A DNA stretch of 64,000 nucleotides from Candidatus Obscuribacteraceae bacterium (GCA_044226015.1 JBGAHS010000004.1:672001-736000); one strand, 5' to 3'; numbered from the stretch's first letter, positions 48,430 through 59,444 are shown. The notes: generated by a model from the letters alone, not told the origin. Translations and numbers: made by a program.

Positions 48430-50101
48430 TCCGGAGCTTAAAGCAAAACCACTAGCCCTGCTATCTTCAAACAATAGTCGAGCTAAAGTCTTGCTTTGTT
48501 CAAATGAAGCTGCTTTGCAGCGTGTTTATCCAGGAATGAGACTCTCTGAAGCAAGGGCAGTTTGTGCAGATCTGCTCTGGCGTGAGTATGACAGTGATCT
48601 CTATATGAAACTGCAAACTCGACTAATACAAGAATTAGTTCATGCCTCACCACAGGTTAGCAGTATTGATACAGGGATTCTTCTGTTGGATGCAAGCGGA
48701 CTCAATCACTTAGGAGGTGAACGTAAGTTCTGTCGACAGGTACAAAGAATAGCTAATACCTTCGGCTTTTATGACATACATATTGGACTTGCTGATAGCG
48801 CATTTGCTGCTCAAATTGCCAGTAAGTTCAAACATAGCAGGCACTATATTGTTCCCCATCGCAAAGATAAGGAGTTTATTTCCGAGCTCTCAATTCAACA
48901 TTTGCCAGTATCTGATGATACAAAAGAAACTTTTATTAGATTAGGTGTGAAAACCATCGGGCAGCTTTTGCAGATTCCCGTAAATGAGGTTCAAGAACGA
49001 TTCGGCAAAGAAGGACTTTTAGCTGTTGATCTAGCAGGAGGAATTGATAAAACGCAACCGCAAGTAGTGCTGACAAAGGAGGTTTATGAGGCATCAGTTG
49101 ATCTGAATTTTCCTGTCGAATCGCTCTCACAAACACAGTTCATTCTTAAATCCATACTGGAAAGGATTTGTTCAAAACTAAAAAGCAATTATCTGTTAGC
49201 CGAAGAATTACAGATTTCGTTTTTCAATGATAATGACAAGTTTGATATTCGCCCCCTAAAGCTATTGCGACCTTCCAACAATCCCAAATTTTTGCTTGAA
49301 CTAATCAGGCTGTCTCTGGAAGCCCTTCCTCTAGCTCGTGAATATACAGGCTTGCAGATCGAAGTAAGCAAATTATGTAATGAAGACTGGCAGCAAAATA
49401 AAATAAGTATTCTGACTGATAAGCCAGAACTTTTGCCTGAGGCAGATGAATCACCGTCTGCCTCAAGGCAAATCAAAATCTTGTCTATTACAACTGTTTC
49501 TGACTCAGGGAGTAAAAAACATGCGACAACAAGCTTTGTTGCCGAAAACAAAAATAACGACGCTCAAGCGGAACCGTTCGCGCTTTTGCTTCAGCGATTC
49601 ATTACAAGAATGGGCACAAAGTCTGTTGTTCGTCCTGTCCCTAACGATCAGCATATTCCAGACATGGCTTCACGTTTTTTACCTCTTACTGAGGAAGCAG
49701 GGGCCGTTCTTCCGATCAACTTTTCCAGCAGTGCGGAAGCTGGCTGTGCAACGCTTGCGTGCGGACTTGTTCTAAAAAAAGCCCGAAGTACCGAACCTCT
49801 CCTTGTTGAGTACCAGGGGAAAGTGCCTCGTTCTATAAGCTACCTTGGGCGCTGGTTTCGAATTAAAGAGCTAACCCAGCCAGAACGTTTGTCAGGTTTA
49901 TGGTGGGAGAATCCGGTCAGGAAATCATATTATGTTGCATTGCTTGAATCTATAAGTGAGGATAAGTCGTCTGCTCGAGATAACAGGCTTAGCTCACGCT
50001 TTTTGAAGCAACGCAAGCAATTCGTTGAGCAAAATTATCTGGTTTTGCTTGTACACAATCATGAAACTAACGCATGGGAACTCGATGGATTCTTCGATTA
50101 A
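48329..50101 (+). CDS. imuB: ImuB, inactive Y-family polymerase-like protein
   Basis: RIACL, GMRLSEARA, LLLDASG, LGVKTIGQL...RFG, ERLSGLWW and LDGFFD motifs. Confidence 0.88.
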   Translation: MDNHKKWRLTLVLPCRIACLRIPRFQIVAHQKADPELKAKPLALLSSNNSRAKVLLCSNEAALQRVYPGMRLSEARAVCADLLWREYDSDLYMKLQTRLIQELVHASPQVSSIDTGILLLDASGLNHLGGERKFCRQVQRIANTFGFYDIHIGLADSAFAAQIASKFKHSRHYIVPHRKDKEFISELSIQHLPVSDDTKETFIRLGVKTIGQLLQIPVNEVQERFGKEGLLAVDLAGGIDKTQPQVVLTKEVYEASVDLNFPVESLSQTQFILKSILERICSKLKSNYLLAEELQISFFNDNDKFDIRPLKLLRPSNNPKFLLELIRLSLEALPLAREYTGLQIEVSKLCNEDWQQNKISILTDKPELLPEADESPSASRQIKILSITTVSDSGSKKHATTSFVAENKNNDAQAEPFALLLQRFITRMGTKSVVRPVPNDQHIPDMASRFLPLTEEAGAVLPINFSSSAEAGCATLACGLVLKKARSTEPLLVEYQGKVPRSISYLGRWFRIKELTQPERLSGLWWENPVRKSYYVALLESISEDKSSARDNRLSSRFLKQRKQFVEQNYLVLLVHNHETNAWELDGFFD

Positions 50102-53100
50102 GTGGATTATGCAGAACTACATTGTCACTCAGCTTTTTCTCTTCTCGATGGTGCCTCAAACCCGGAAGAGTTAGTTGAACGCGCAAAAAATATCGGACTA
50201 TCTGCTCTCGCTCTAACTGACCACGATGATTTAGGAGGTGCTATACGCTTTGCTCAAGCGGCTAAGGAATTAGATCTTCCCGGTATTATAGGTGCGGAAC
50301 TCACTCTCACTGGAGATGAGCACGTCATCACTCTTGCCAAATCGCTTGAGGGCTACAAAAACATTTGTCGCCTGATCACTTTCGCACGAATGAATTGTGA
50401 AAGAGGACTTCCCCGTATAAACCTGGAGCTTTTAGCAGAGCATTCAAAAGGCATGATTGTGCTATCAGGATGCCCTCATGGAAAGATCCCAAAGCTAATA
50501 GCTCAAGGAGCAGTTGAAGAAGCCTTTTCTACGTGCAAGTACTTTCTCGAAATTTTCAAGGAGGATTTTTATTTAGAACTCTGGGACCACGATATAGCTC
50601 AGGAAGCCATAATTTGCAGGCATCTGTATGAGTTTGCTCAGAAATTAAAGATACCGTGGGTGGTGACAAATAATGTTCATTATGCTTATCCGGAGAAAAG
50701 GATTATTCATGATGTGCTTACTTGCCTTCGTCATGAAGTTACATTGAGTACTGCTGGACGGCGCTTGCGTCCTAACGGTAGCTGGTACTTGAAGTCACCG
50801 AAGGAAATGCTGGCTCAATGGCAGCATCATCCCGAAGGTCTATACAACACCCTCGTTGTGGCAGAGCGATGTGAGTTCAGGCTGGGGCTTCTAAAGCCCG
50901 AACTCCCTCAAATTGATTTGAGTAGAGCACAGGCATTTTTGGATAATCATAGTTTTTTCCGCCGAACCGGGGTCCCTTCCACCAGGGGACCCCACCCCGT
51001 TTTGTCAGTGACTGAATCAGATTTATGTAGCATTGCAGATCCTACTGAAACAGAGCTTGCTGGCAATATTGCTAAGCCTGCTAATCCTGCTAAGCGAGAA
51101 TACGCTGTCTCGAGAAGTGATGGTGATGCCGTTGCAAGAGAGATAGCTGTATCAAGCTATGAGTCCCCCTCTACAGAGGAGTCGGCTGGCGCCAGCAAAA
51201 ATGCGAATACAGCGTCAATCTCACTCACTATATATGAGGAAACTGCCGCTGAAGATTCAAATGTAGCGGCTGCGATAACTTCAGAGTGTCTACTGCAAAC
51301 GGATCCCCCTGTGAATCCTCTCTCCACCTTTTCCCAACACGTTTTTTCCTCACAGCGTTCCCAACAAATGTATGAACTGTTAGAGAATCTTACCTGGCTG
51401 GGAGCTGTTGAACGCTACAACAAGAATTTTGGCGAAAAGCAAATCAATCAACTGAAACATGAACTTGATTTGATTCGGCGATTGGAGCTTGCTCCCTATT
51501 TCTTGATTATGTGGGATATTATTTGTTTTGCAAATTCACAGGGCATCGCTGTTCAAGGACGCGGCTCTGCTGCTAATTCTGCTGTTTGTTATTGTTTGAA
51601 AATAACAGCTGTTGATCCTATTGCAATGGATCTCTTGTTTGAGCGATTCATTTCGGAAGATCGAAACGAGCCTCCGGATATTGATCTTGATATTGCCCAT
51701 CAAGAGCGCGAGAAGGTCCTGCAATATGTTTACGCGAAATATGGGCGCAACCATGCGGCAATGGTTTGTGAGCACATCACATATCGTGGCGCATCTGCCG
51801 TGCGTGACGCTGCTCGCATTTTTGACTTCTCTCCTGAGCAAGCCGATAAATTGTCTACTCAGGCGCAGCATATGGAAGCAAAGTCTGCTGCAGAGGCTCT
51901 GGCAACAGGCGGCGCCGCGCGTGCCGGACTCGACCCACGAGATCGTCGCGTGCAACTTTTGATTCAAGTTGTCGCAGGTTTGCATCAGCTGCCTCGTCAT
52001 CGTGGTATCCATGTCGGCGGCTTTGTTTTGGCTGGAGAAAATATTGGTTCTGTGGTTCCAGTAGAACCTGCTTCGATGCCAGGACGAACCGTCATTCAGT
52101 GGGATAAGGATGATCTTGATTATGCAGGATTGATCAAAATTGATTTGCTCGGTTTGGGCATGCTTATGATGATTCAAGAGAGTGTCAAGCTAATAAAGAA
52201 ACATCGTAATTTTGATTTGGATTTGTCTCAGCTTGATATGACTGATCAAAACATTTATCAAATGATGCAAAAGGCTGACACCATCGGTGTCTTTCAGGTA
52301 GAGTCGCGTGCGCAGATGAGTATTCTTCCTAAGATTCGGCCGAAGTGCTTTTACGATATTGTTGTATCAATTGCTATCGTGCGACCGGGTCCAATTCAGG
52401 GCAATATTGTGCATCCCTATCTGCGGCGAAGGCGTGGCATTGAACCGGTGACATATCTGCACCACACAATCGAACCCATTCTTAGAAGAACATACGGTGT
52501 ACCACTCTTTCAAGAACAAGGTATGAAACTAGCCGTGGTGGCAGCGGGATTTACTCCTTCACAGGCTGATCAGCTTAGACGGGTGATGAGCCATAAACGC
52601 TCGCTTGAGCGAATGATGGCAATTTGTGTGGATCTTGCTTCTGGAATGCGAAAGAATGGTCTATCTGAAGAAGCAATCGAAACGATAACTTTTCAATTGC
52701 GCGCATTTGCAAACTATGGATTTCCGGAGAGCCATGCTGCTTCTTTTGCATTGTTGGTTTTTGCATCTGCCTACATCAAATATTATTATGCTTCAGAGTT
52801 TTATTGCGCCATTTTGAACGCTCAACCCATGGGGTTCTATAGTCCTGCAACATTGATAAGAGATGCCATTCGGCATGGTGTTGAGGTGCGTCCTATTGAT
52901 CTTGCACACAGCGTTTGGGACTGTACATTAGAGGAAGCTAGCGCGGACTTCGCTTCACAGGCTGAGCCGTATGATGTGAATGTAGATGAGGCGGGTAATA
53001 TCACTTTTGTCAAAGGTTCTGCGAAGTCTAAAGCTTCGAAAAGCCGCCAGGATGGCGGCGTTCCCACGTGTGATAGGGTTGGCGAATCTGGGGTTGCCGA

Positions 53101-53923
53101 ATCTGGGAGCGCCAAATCTGGTAGCGCCGAATCTGGTAGTACCGACTTCCAGCCGGCTTCGTCACCGCCGGCTTTGCGCATTGGCTTACGGTATGTTTCC
53201 GGTTTGGGACCAGGTGCCAAGCAATTGCTTGAAAATGCGTGGGCAACAGGCGGTCCATTTACAAGCATAGAAGATGTTTGTAAGCGCAGCGGTTTGCGTG
53301 TTAAAGACCTAGAGCGTTTGGCAATGGCTGGTGCATTTGATAGCTTTTGTAACGGTAGACGGCAGGCACTTTGGCGAGTTCTCAAACAGGCTCGTACACG
53401 TCGTGAAATGCCTTTGCTCAAATTACTTCAAGAACGAACAAGAGCTAAGAATATGCAGAACGATTCGTTGGAAAAAGAGCCCTTCTTGCCTGCTATGACA
53501 GATTTGGAAACGACAATCGCTGATTACAATATTATGGGGCTCTCGACGGGCCATCATCCCATGGTCTTTTTCCGTAAATGGGCAGATAGCAACCATTACT
53601 TCACTTGCGCAGGATTAAGCTCCAGAAAAAATGGCGAGATGCTGACTGTTGCTGGTAGTGTGATTTGCCGTCAGCGTCCGCACACCGCCAAGGGATTCGT
53701 TTTTATCACTTTGGAAGACGAAACTGGTACCAGCAATGTGATTATTCGTCCTCAAGTTTTCGATGAGTTCAAAGACGTAATTTTGACGCAAAATTTTATA
53801 GCTGTATCAGGTCGTTTGCAATTAGAAGAAGGAGTGGTTAATTTGATTTGCACTTCCGTCAAAGCACTGCCCCGTCTTGCTGCTGCTGACGAAATTCCGA
53901 TTGAATCTCGTGACTTTCACTGA
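50102..53923 (+). CDS. dnaE2: error-prone DNA polymerase DnaE2 (ImuC)
   Basis: YAELHCHSAFSLLDG PHP domain, GRGSAANS, PPDIDLD, YGFPESHA, QPMGFY, QRPHTAKG and terminal SRDFH motif. Confidence 0.95.
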   Translation: MDYAELHCHSAFSLLDGASNPEELVERAKNIGLSALALTDHDDLGGAIRFAQAAKELDLPGIIGAELTLTGDEHVITLAKSLEGYKNICRLITFARMNCERGLPRINLELLAEHSKGMIVLSGCPHGKIPKLIAQGAVEEAFSTCKYFLEIFKEDFYLELWDHDIAQEAIICRHLYEFAQKLKIPWVVTNNVHYAYPEKRIIHDVLTCLRHEVTLSTAGRRLRPNGSWYLKSPKEMLAQWQHHPEGLYNTLVVAERCEFRLGLLKPELPQIDLSRAQAFLDNHSFFRRTGVPSTRGPHPVLSVTESDLCSIADPTETELAGNIAKPANPAKREYAVSRSDGDAVAREIAVSSYESPSTEESAGASKNANTASISLTIYEETAAEDSNVAAAITSECLLQTDPPVNPLSTFSQHVFSSQRSQQMYELLENLTWLGAVERYNKNFGEKQINQLKHELDLIRRLELAPYFLIMWDIICFANSQGIAVQGRGSAANSAVCYCLKITAVDPIAMDLLFERFISEDRNEPPDIDLDIAHQEREKVLQYVYAKYGRNHAAMVCEHITYRGASAVRDAARIFDFSPEQADKLSTQAQHMEAKSAAEALATGGAARAGLDPRDRRVQLLIQVVAGLHQLPRHRGIHVGGFVLAGENIGSVVPVEPASMPGRTVIQWDKDDLDYAGLIKIDLLGLGMLMMIQESVKLIKKHRNFDLDLSQLDMTDQNIYQMMQKADTIGVFQVESRAQMSILPKIRPKCFYDIVVSIAIVRPGPIQGNIVHPYLRRRRGIEPVTYLHHTIEPILRRTYGVPLFQEQGMKLAVVAAGFTPSQADQLRRVMSHKRSLERMMAICVDLASGMRKNGLSEEAIETITFQLRAFANYGFPESHAASFALLVFASAYIKYYYASEFYCAILNAQPMGFYSPATLIRDAIRHGVEVRPIDLAHSVWDCTLEEASADFASQAEPYDVNVDEAGNITFVKGSAKSKASKSRQDGGVPTCDRVGESGVAESGSAKSGSAESGSTDFQPASSPPALRIGLRYVSGLGPGAKQLLENAWATGGPFTSIEDVCKRSGLRVKDLERLAMAGAFDSFCNGRRQALWRVLKQARTRREMPLLKLLQERTRAKNMQNDSLEKEPFLPAMTDLETTIADYNIMGLSTGHHPMVFFRKWADSNHYFTCAGLSSRKNGEMLTVAGSVICRQRPHTAKGFVFITLEDETGTSNVIIRPQVFDEFKDVILTQNFIAVSGRLQLEEGVVNLICTSVKALPRLAAADEIPIESRDFH

Positions 53924-53948
53924 TTCTCACAAGCAGCTGACCCTACAG

Positions 53949-54992
53949 TCACTTGGAGCAATCATCTCTAAAACTCAAAACGTAGCACTGCACTCTAGTG
54001 TCCGCTCCTTCAGCAAATCTTGGTTCAAGTTTAATCATTCGCGGTCGTTTTGAAATAAGGAATTCCCAATATTGTTTTTTCTCCTTTTCACTACCTTTCC
54101 AGCATCGATTCAATATTCTGTCTGCTTGGGGCTCTTGCCTATAGCAAATCAGTTGTAACAAGAAATCGGCTAATTCAGGGGGCGCAAGCTCTGCTGCTGT
54201 TGTTGCCTTTTCGTTAGGCTTGAATCCATCCATTGCGCCAGACCTCAGGAAGTCTTTTAACTTAGTCCCGCTAATAGCAAATCGCATTATTTCGTAGTTT
54301 CCATTATCAAAAGTCAGCTGTATGTTCGCTGTTACACCAAACTGACCCCAGTCCTCAAAAATTTTCTCTCCTGTCAACGAAGTGAAAGTCTGCCTTTTGG
54401 CTGACGATTTACTTTTACCTTTTAGTTCTGCGAATTTGATTTCTTGAGTATTCAGTTCCTCTAATTCAATAAATTCATTTCCGATGAGTCTATAAATGTG
54501 CAATGTGTGCTCACCGTTTCCCGATTCAGCATCAATTACAAGACCCTGCTCCTCAGCGGCCGGGTTGTTCTCTCTGCTGACTATGCTGAGTTCTTTGCAC
54601 TCTGGAAAGCTCTCGCTGAATAACTCTGTGCTACCATCTCGAATCTTCAGTTGGTCAGACAACAACACGACTTGTTTATTACCTAGCTTCAGCTCTGTTT
54701 TGTCCTCGGTGTTGGCTTTATCAATTGCTGCCAAATGTCCTGACTCGTCGTCGTTATGCGCGGGAGCCTTTGTTCTTTCAATAATTGAGGCTCTCTCATA
54801 ATTGCTCCCACTGAGTTGTGCTTTTCCTTTCAGGAAAAACGCAAACAGCAAAACGATCGCAATAAGTGCAATCACTGACCCGATTACTTTTGTCTGGGAT
54901 TTAGACATGAATTTGATTTCACAAGAAGAGAATTCATTCTGCAATTTTGCATCCAAAAAAAGCAAATTGCTTCTAATTACTACAAATAGCAC
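53949..54992 (-). CDS. membrane-anchored hypothetical protein (start probably 54908)
   Basis: N-terminal TM VIALIAIVLLFAFFL; long ORF. Confidence 0.7.
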   Translation of the reverse strand: MLFVVIRSNLLFLDAKLQNEFSSCEIKFMSKSQTKVIGSVIALIAIVLLFAFFLKGKAQLSGSNYERASIIERTKAPAHNDDESGHLAAIDKANTEDKTELKLGNKQVVLLSDQLKIRDGSTELFSESFPECKELSIVSRENNPAAEEQGLVIDAESGNGEHTLHIYRLIGNEFIELEELNTQEIKFAELKGKSKSSAKRQTFTSLTGEKIFEDWGQFGVTANIQLTFDNGNYEIMRFAISGTKLKDFLRSGAMDGFKPNEKATTAAELAPPELADFLLQLICYRQEPQADRILNRCWKGSEKEKKQYWEFLISKRPRMIKLEPRFAEGADTRVQCYVLSFRDDCSK

Positions 54993-55306
54993 CCAATATT
55001 AGAGCAATGTCAAGCGCTGTGAATCATTGTTTGGCGCCTTATTCGAGATGTACTTTGAGTCGCGGACCTCTGCAGTGGGATTGCTCCCATTGCCCTTGTC
55101 TGCGCCAGCGATTTCAATGCATATGTGACTGGGGTATAGCAGTCCCGGTTATGGGGCTCGGTGGAAAAATAGAATCAGGTCGGGTTATGCGCCACAAGCG
55201 CAAATTATTTTCCAGGTCAGGCAACTGACTATCGCCGAGAAAGTGATCAGAAGGTTGCGGAAACGATTGTTTTCGCTATTCGTATCGCGGCAATTGGGGA
55301 TAGTTT

Positions 55307-56353
55307 ATGGCTGTAGAAACCGTTGATGTTCAAACTAAATCTGACGCAAAAGATTTGCCATCAGATCTTGAAGCAAAGTCCAATCTGACTCTTGATGCTC
55401 AGGCTCTAGCTGAGTCCAAGGCTGAAAATAAGTCTGAATCGCCAGCCGAACTGCCGAAACTTGGAATCACAGATAGCAAAGACCTAGAAGGTTTGCGCAG
55501 CCCGCTCTTGCCGTGGACCGACAAGCACCCAGATGGGCGCTTGCGCATGCACATGAGCTATGGACAAGTTAAAGATGCAATCGTAAAGTTGGGCGAAGGT
55601 CCGTCCCATGTGGCTAGAAGATTGCTTGGACCGGACGCCTCGGAACCTGATGTTAAGACTCTTACGAAAGCGATGGTCGGACAATACATCGATGAAACTC
55701 ATGACGAAAAGGTTCAGCATCTGCGAAATGGCCATGTAATGCTCAATGAGCGCAATGTCACGCAGATTCTTTCGCGCATCGGAGACGAAGAGACTCGAAA
55801 CAGAATTATCGATAAACTCAAAGTAGGTTGGACCGAACGTGAGCCGCCAGTAGCAGTGCCTTTTGAGGCACATGGTCGTCCCGGCGAAACCCATCCCAGT
55901 CGCATAGACGACCCTGCTCAATTCTTGAAAGATATCACTGCAGCTGCCGTAGATGTTAAAGCCGACCAGTACCGTGCAAGAGGATATTGTGCCGCCGGAT
56001 TTCGCCTGGCTATAAATGAATTACCCAATTGGAGAATCGATGGTGGCACCGTTGATACTAGCATCAACAAAGATATAAACGGATGGAGAAGTGGTCTGCA
56101 GATGGCACTCGACCTCTATGAAACTGGTTTGTTTGATAAGGTTCCACTTAAAGAACTCGGTTACAAGAATCTGAAACATGGCTATATCGTAGGACGCTAT
56201 CACTATCCCGACTATATAAAAGACCACAAGAGCTGGGATGGCGAAGACATGGGCGACATCGATGTTTACACGCCCAGGCACAAGCCACCAAATGACGATG
56301 ATGAGATGTATCACGATAGCTTTGTGCTGATTCCGAAAGGACTCAAGCGCTAA
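55307..56353 (+). CDS. hypothetical protein with LysM-like segment and amidase-like C-terminus
   Basis: VKLGEGPSHVARRLLG (LysM-like); GYCAAGFRLA...GDIDVY. Confidence 0.6.
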   Translation: MAVETVDVQTKSDAKDLPSDLEAKSNLTLDAQALAESKAENKSESPAELPKLGITDSKDLEGLRSPLLPWTDKHPDGRLRMHMSYGQVKDAIVKLGEGPSHVARRLLGPDASEPDVKTLTKAMVGQYIDETHDEKVQHLRNGHVMLNERNVTQILSRIGDEETRNRIIDKLKVGWTEREPPVAVPFEAHGRPGETHPSRIDDPAQFLKDITAAAVDVKADQYRARGYCAAGFRLAINELPNWRIDGGTVDTSINKDINGWRSGLQMALDLYETGLFDKVPLKELGYKNLKHGYIVGRYHYPDYIKDHKSWDGEDMGDIDVYTPRHKPPNDDDEMYHDSFVLIPKGLKR

Positions 56354-56456
56354 CTTCACCGCTGTAAAATTGTGCCAGCTTCTGACCACATCGATATGAG
56401 CTAAGCTCAATCGGCTGAGGTCTTCATGCGCGCCCTGCTCAAACTTATGCGAGTCT

Positions 56457-56662
56457 CTCGGATCCGAGTTCATCGGATGCCGTATCAATCGGATCCGTTT
56501 ATCGAATCCGTTTATCGAATCCGTATGTATCGAATCCGTATGTATCGAATCCGTATGTATCGAATCCGTATCTATCCGATCCGTATCTACCGGATCCGTA
56601 TCTATCGGATGCCTTATCTCTCGGATCCGTATTCATCGGATGCCGGATCCGAATCCATCGAA
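56457..56662. repeat. degenerate 13-16-bp tandem repeat (TATCGAATCCG / TATCGGATCCG)
   Basis: tatgtatcgaatccg three times plus variants, between convergent genes. Confidence 0.85.
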
Positions 56663-56678
56663 ACCCGCGTACTCAGAG

Positions 56679-59252
56679 CTAATAAACGATTCTACGAGTG
56701 GAAAGTTCCGCTAAATTTGCACCAGAAGTTTCAATGGTTAGATTTTTGAACAGCGCATCGGTGGCTCGTCGAGAAACGCCGTATTGTCCTTCCATCCAGG
56801 GGCAGGGGTAGAGCGCCAACTCCATGGCTTCTGCAGCACCTCCAACCGAGTTGAGTGGAACAATGTCGTTGATTTCAAACTTGCGCCAGTTTGTACTCGC
56901 GATTAAAGCACGAGGCGTCTTCCCTAGTATCTGAACACTACCATTGCGTCCTTTCAATGCGCATAGAAGCCCTACATCTCCGGGATTTCTAATCGCCTTT
57001 ATCTCACCTGTAATACGCAATTTGATATGCGTCGCATTCGACGGGGTCTGTATTGGTATGTCAGCTCCCACCGTCCGAGCCGCATAGAGCGCCACCTTGT
57101 TGATATGTAGTTGGTCCTTGGACTCGTTATCCCAGAGCATCTGGTCAAAAGACTTTCTTTCTACCTTCGTAATTACTTTTGATGAAGCCCTCGAGCCTGT
57201 AAAGCTCGGGCCAACCGGACTTGAGTTTGTTGAAGTGTTCGCTGCAAATCTTGCTTCACTCTCGTTATTAACGGTAAGCGCTAGTCTTATTCTTAACGAG
57301 TCCTTGAGCTGTGAGATTGGCTCGGACTTGCTCACTATGTAGCTGCGTTCTTTTGTCTCGCCTGTCAAAACAGGGTCCGTAAATCGGGACTCTGCCCCTG
57401 CGGCTACTGGAGCTGCTGCCAGAAGACCGTAGTTACAATAATCTGGACTCAGTATGAAGCGGGTCTTCTTGCGGTCACCATATATGATGGCTTCCTTTGT
57501 GGTGTTTTTGATGACAATCTTATTTTCGCCATTCCAGTTCAAAATTGAGGGGTCGAGCTGCAGGGCTCTCCACTGGCGGAAATCGCTCACTGAAATTCGC
57601 ATAGAGGGACCAAACTCGCGTAATTGGTCGTACAGCGAATAATGTCGCGCATCCAAATCCATTGTTGGTATCAGATGCGATTGTAGTTCTACTCCATTTA
57701 CTTCTATTTGCGCTTTCTCTAGATTCTTATCGCCGTCAACCATCACGAACACAGCACTGGGCGATTTCGGTTTCGCCACTCCCTTAAGGTCGACAATCTT
57801 TTCCACTCGTTCATTTCGAGCGAGTAAATGAGACTTCTCCTTAAACGAGTGAGAGTCAAACAAATGACAAATTGTCTCTGCATGCAACAGAAATGCTGAA
57901 GCTGCAAGTGCGGAAGCCACAGACGCTATCATAGCGAGTCGCCTGAGAGGGTCCTGGAACGAAAGCTGTGATGCCTGCCAGATACCATAAATTGCTAGAA
58001 TCACTACAAATGGCATTGCCGTGAAGGTATAACGTGGCTGACACTCCACCATCAAATAGCTGAGGTGGGTCACTATAATCAAAGCCGAGATCTTGATTAT
58101 GTTTCGCTGCTGGTTCGTCAAATAGCGCTTATGGCAGAACGCATAGATGCTAACTCCAAACAAAGCACATGCCAAAATCATCCGATGAATCAGCAACTGT
58201 GCATTCTCGTCGAGTCCCAAAGCTCGTCCCTTAAAGTCGTTCCAGGGGCAGGCACTCAGTCTGCTTACTTTGCTTATCATCAGCCGCATCGATTCGACAG
58301 GATGTGTCATGAAGACAGATGCTGCAGTGGGTAGTGGACCATCTGCTTCAGTGTACATGTCCACATTGGGCGTGTGCGGGTTGTAAGCCCAACCATCACC
58401 TTCGAGGTTCCAACCAGTTACAACATTGTACATAGGTTGTCTCTGGGCTGTTGGAAAGACACTTCCGGTAGTGGCAAAGCAGAACGAAGACCAGAGGGCA
58501 AGAATTACGGAAACGCCTACAGTGATTGCTCCGCCGGCAAGCAATTTTTGTTTTCGACCTTGCTGGCATAGTGCTGCAAATAAGCAACTAAGCAAAACAG
58601 CAGGAATCAATGCCGGCTTGCACAAGATTATGAGCCCTGCTGCAGCACCGCCGATGGTGAGTGCTAATTTGCGTTGCGAGGTCAGCGTGTATGTCATCAG
58701 CAAGAGCGCTGTAGTGACTGGCAGTTCCGACATGAAATGCCCACTTTGCAGTACAGCTGGTGGATAGAGCCCATACACGAGTGCTGCCATACAAGCAAAC
58801 AACGGATTTTTGGAAAGGCGCCAAACAAATAGTGTGACCAGTGCGGTCGAAAGTGCATGGAATGTGGATTGACCATTGGCAAGAATCATCCAATCACGCG
58901 GTGTCGGTATCTTGTTCAAAACAAAGAAGAGCGGCGCATAGAACAGCGACATGATTGGACCGTCGAAAAGCAAGTGACCAGCTAAATCCGCCTGCCCCGC
59001 GAACTTTTCGGCCAATTCCGAACTCGAATTGAGTTGTTTTAGATATTCCGTAAGTAATGAGACTGTGTGCAGGAAATGCTTCCCGTCGGTCGCGAGCATT
59101 ATTCGCGATTCGCAGAAGATCATGTTGTGCAGAAGGCAAGGAATCAGCCCTGTAATAAAGGCAAAGCCCGCTAGTAGCGGCGCGATTTTTCCTTTGCCGA
59201 CTGAGCTCTTGGTCTGGGTTGTTTCGGATTTCTCGGAAAGCAGTGCAGTCAC
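56679..59252 (-). CDS. GT-C (ArnT/PMT-like) membrane glycosyltransferase with C-terminal beta domains
   Basis: Multi-TM protein with D-G..F after TM1, MSE, KPA and PRY motifs; large soluble C-terminus. Confidence 0.7.
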   Translation of the reverse strand: MTALLSEKSETTQTKSSVGKGKIAPLLAGFAFITGLIPCLLHNMIFCESRIMLATDGKHFLHTVSLLTEYLKQLNSSSELAEKFAGQADLAGHLLFDGPIMSLFYAPLFFVLNKIPTPRDWMILANGQSTFHALSTALVTLFVWRLSKNPLFACMAALVYGLYPPAVLQSGHFMSELPVTTALLLMTYTLTSQRKLALTIGGAAAGLIILCKPALIPAVLLSCLFAALCQQGRKQKLLAGGAITVGVSVILALWSSFCFATTGSVFPTAQRQPMYNVVTGWNLEGDGWAYNPHTPNVDMYTEADGPLPTAASVFMTHPVESMRLMISKVSRLSACPWNDFKGRALGLDENAQLLIHRMILACALFGVSIYAFCHKRYLTNQQRNIIKISALIIVTHLSYLMVECQPRYTFTAMPFVVILAIYGIWQASQLSFQDPLRRLAMIASVASALAASAFLLHAETICHLFDSHSFKEKSHLLARNERVEKIVDLKGVAKPKSPSAVFVMVDGDKNLEKAQIEVNGVELQSHLIPTMDLDARHYSLYDQLREFGPSMRISVSDFRQWRALQLDPSILNWNGENKIVIKNTTKEAIIYGDRKKTRFILSPDYCNYGLLAAAPVAAGAESRFTDPVLTGETKERSYIVSKSEPISQLKDSLRIRLALTVNNESEARFAANTSTNSSPVGPSFTGSRASSKVITKVERKSFDQMLWDNESKDQLHINKVALYAARTVGADIPIQTPSNATHIKLRITGEIKAIRNPGDVGLLCALKGRNGSVQILGKTPRALIASTNWRKFEINDIVPLNSVGGAAEAMELALYPCPWMEGQYGVSRRATDALFKNLTIETSGANLAELSTRRIVY

Positions 59253-59444
59253 AGATTTTGCTCTAAATACTGGGTTATCAATAGTAAAGCAATAGGACGA
59301 AAGTTCCTTTAAGCAAATCCCATGTTCTGTCTCGATAAGCCTCTAATTGCTGCTTCTTCAGCAATAAACGGTTAGAATAGCTAAATTGCGCTTAAAATAT
59401 GAATCAGAGATCATCATAGAGTGATCTGATAACGAGGGGGCGAA

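Noticed and set aside
50915..51360. Intein in DnaE2
   Set aside because: No C/S-start block, no HN-C/S/T end and no endonuclease motifs; the position is not a conserved catalytic site
42180..54992. Genomic island integrated at tRNA-Gln
   Set aside because: No integrase or transposase, and no duplicated tRNA 3' end was seen downstream
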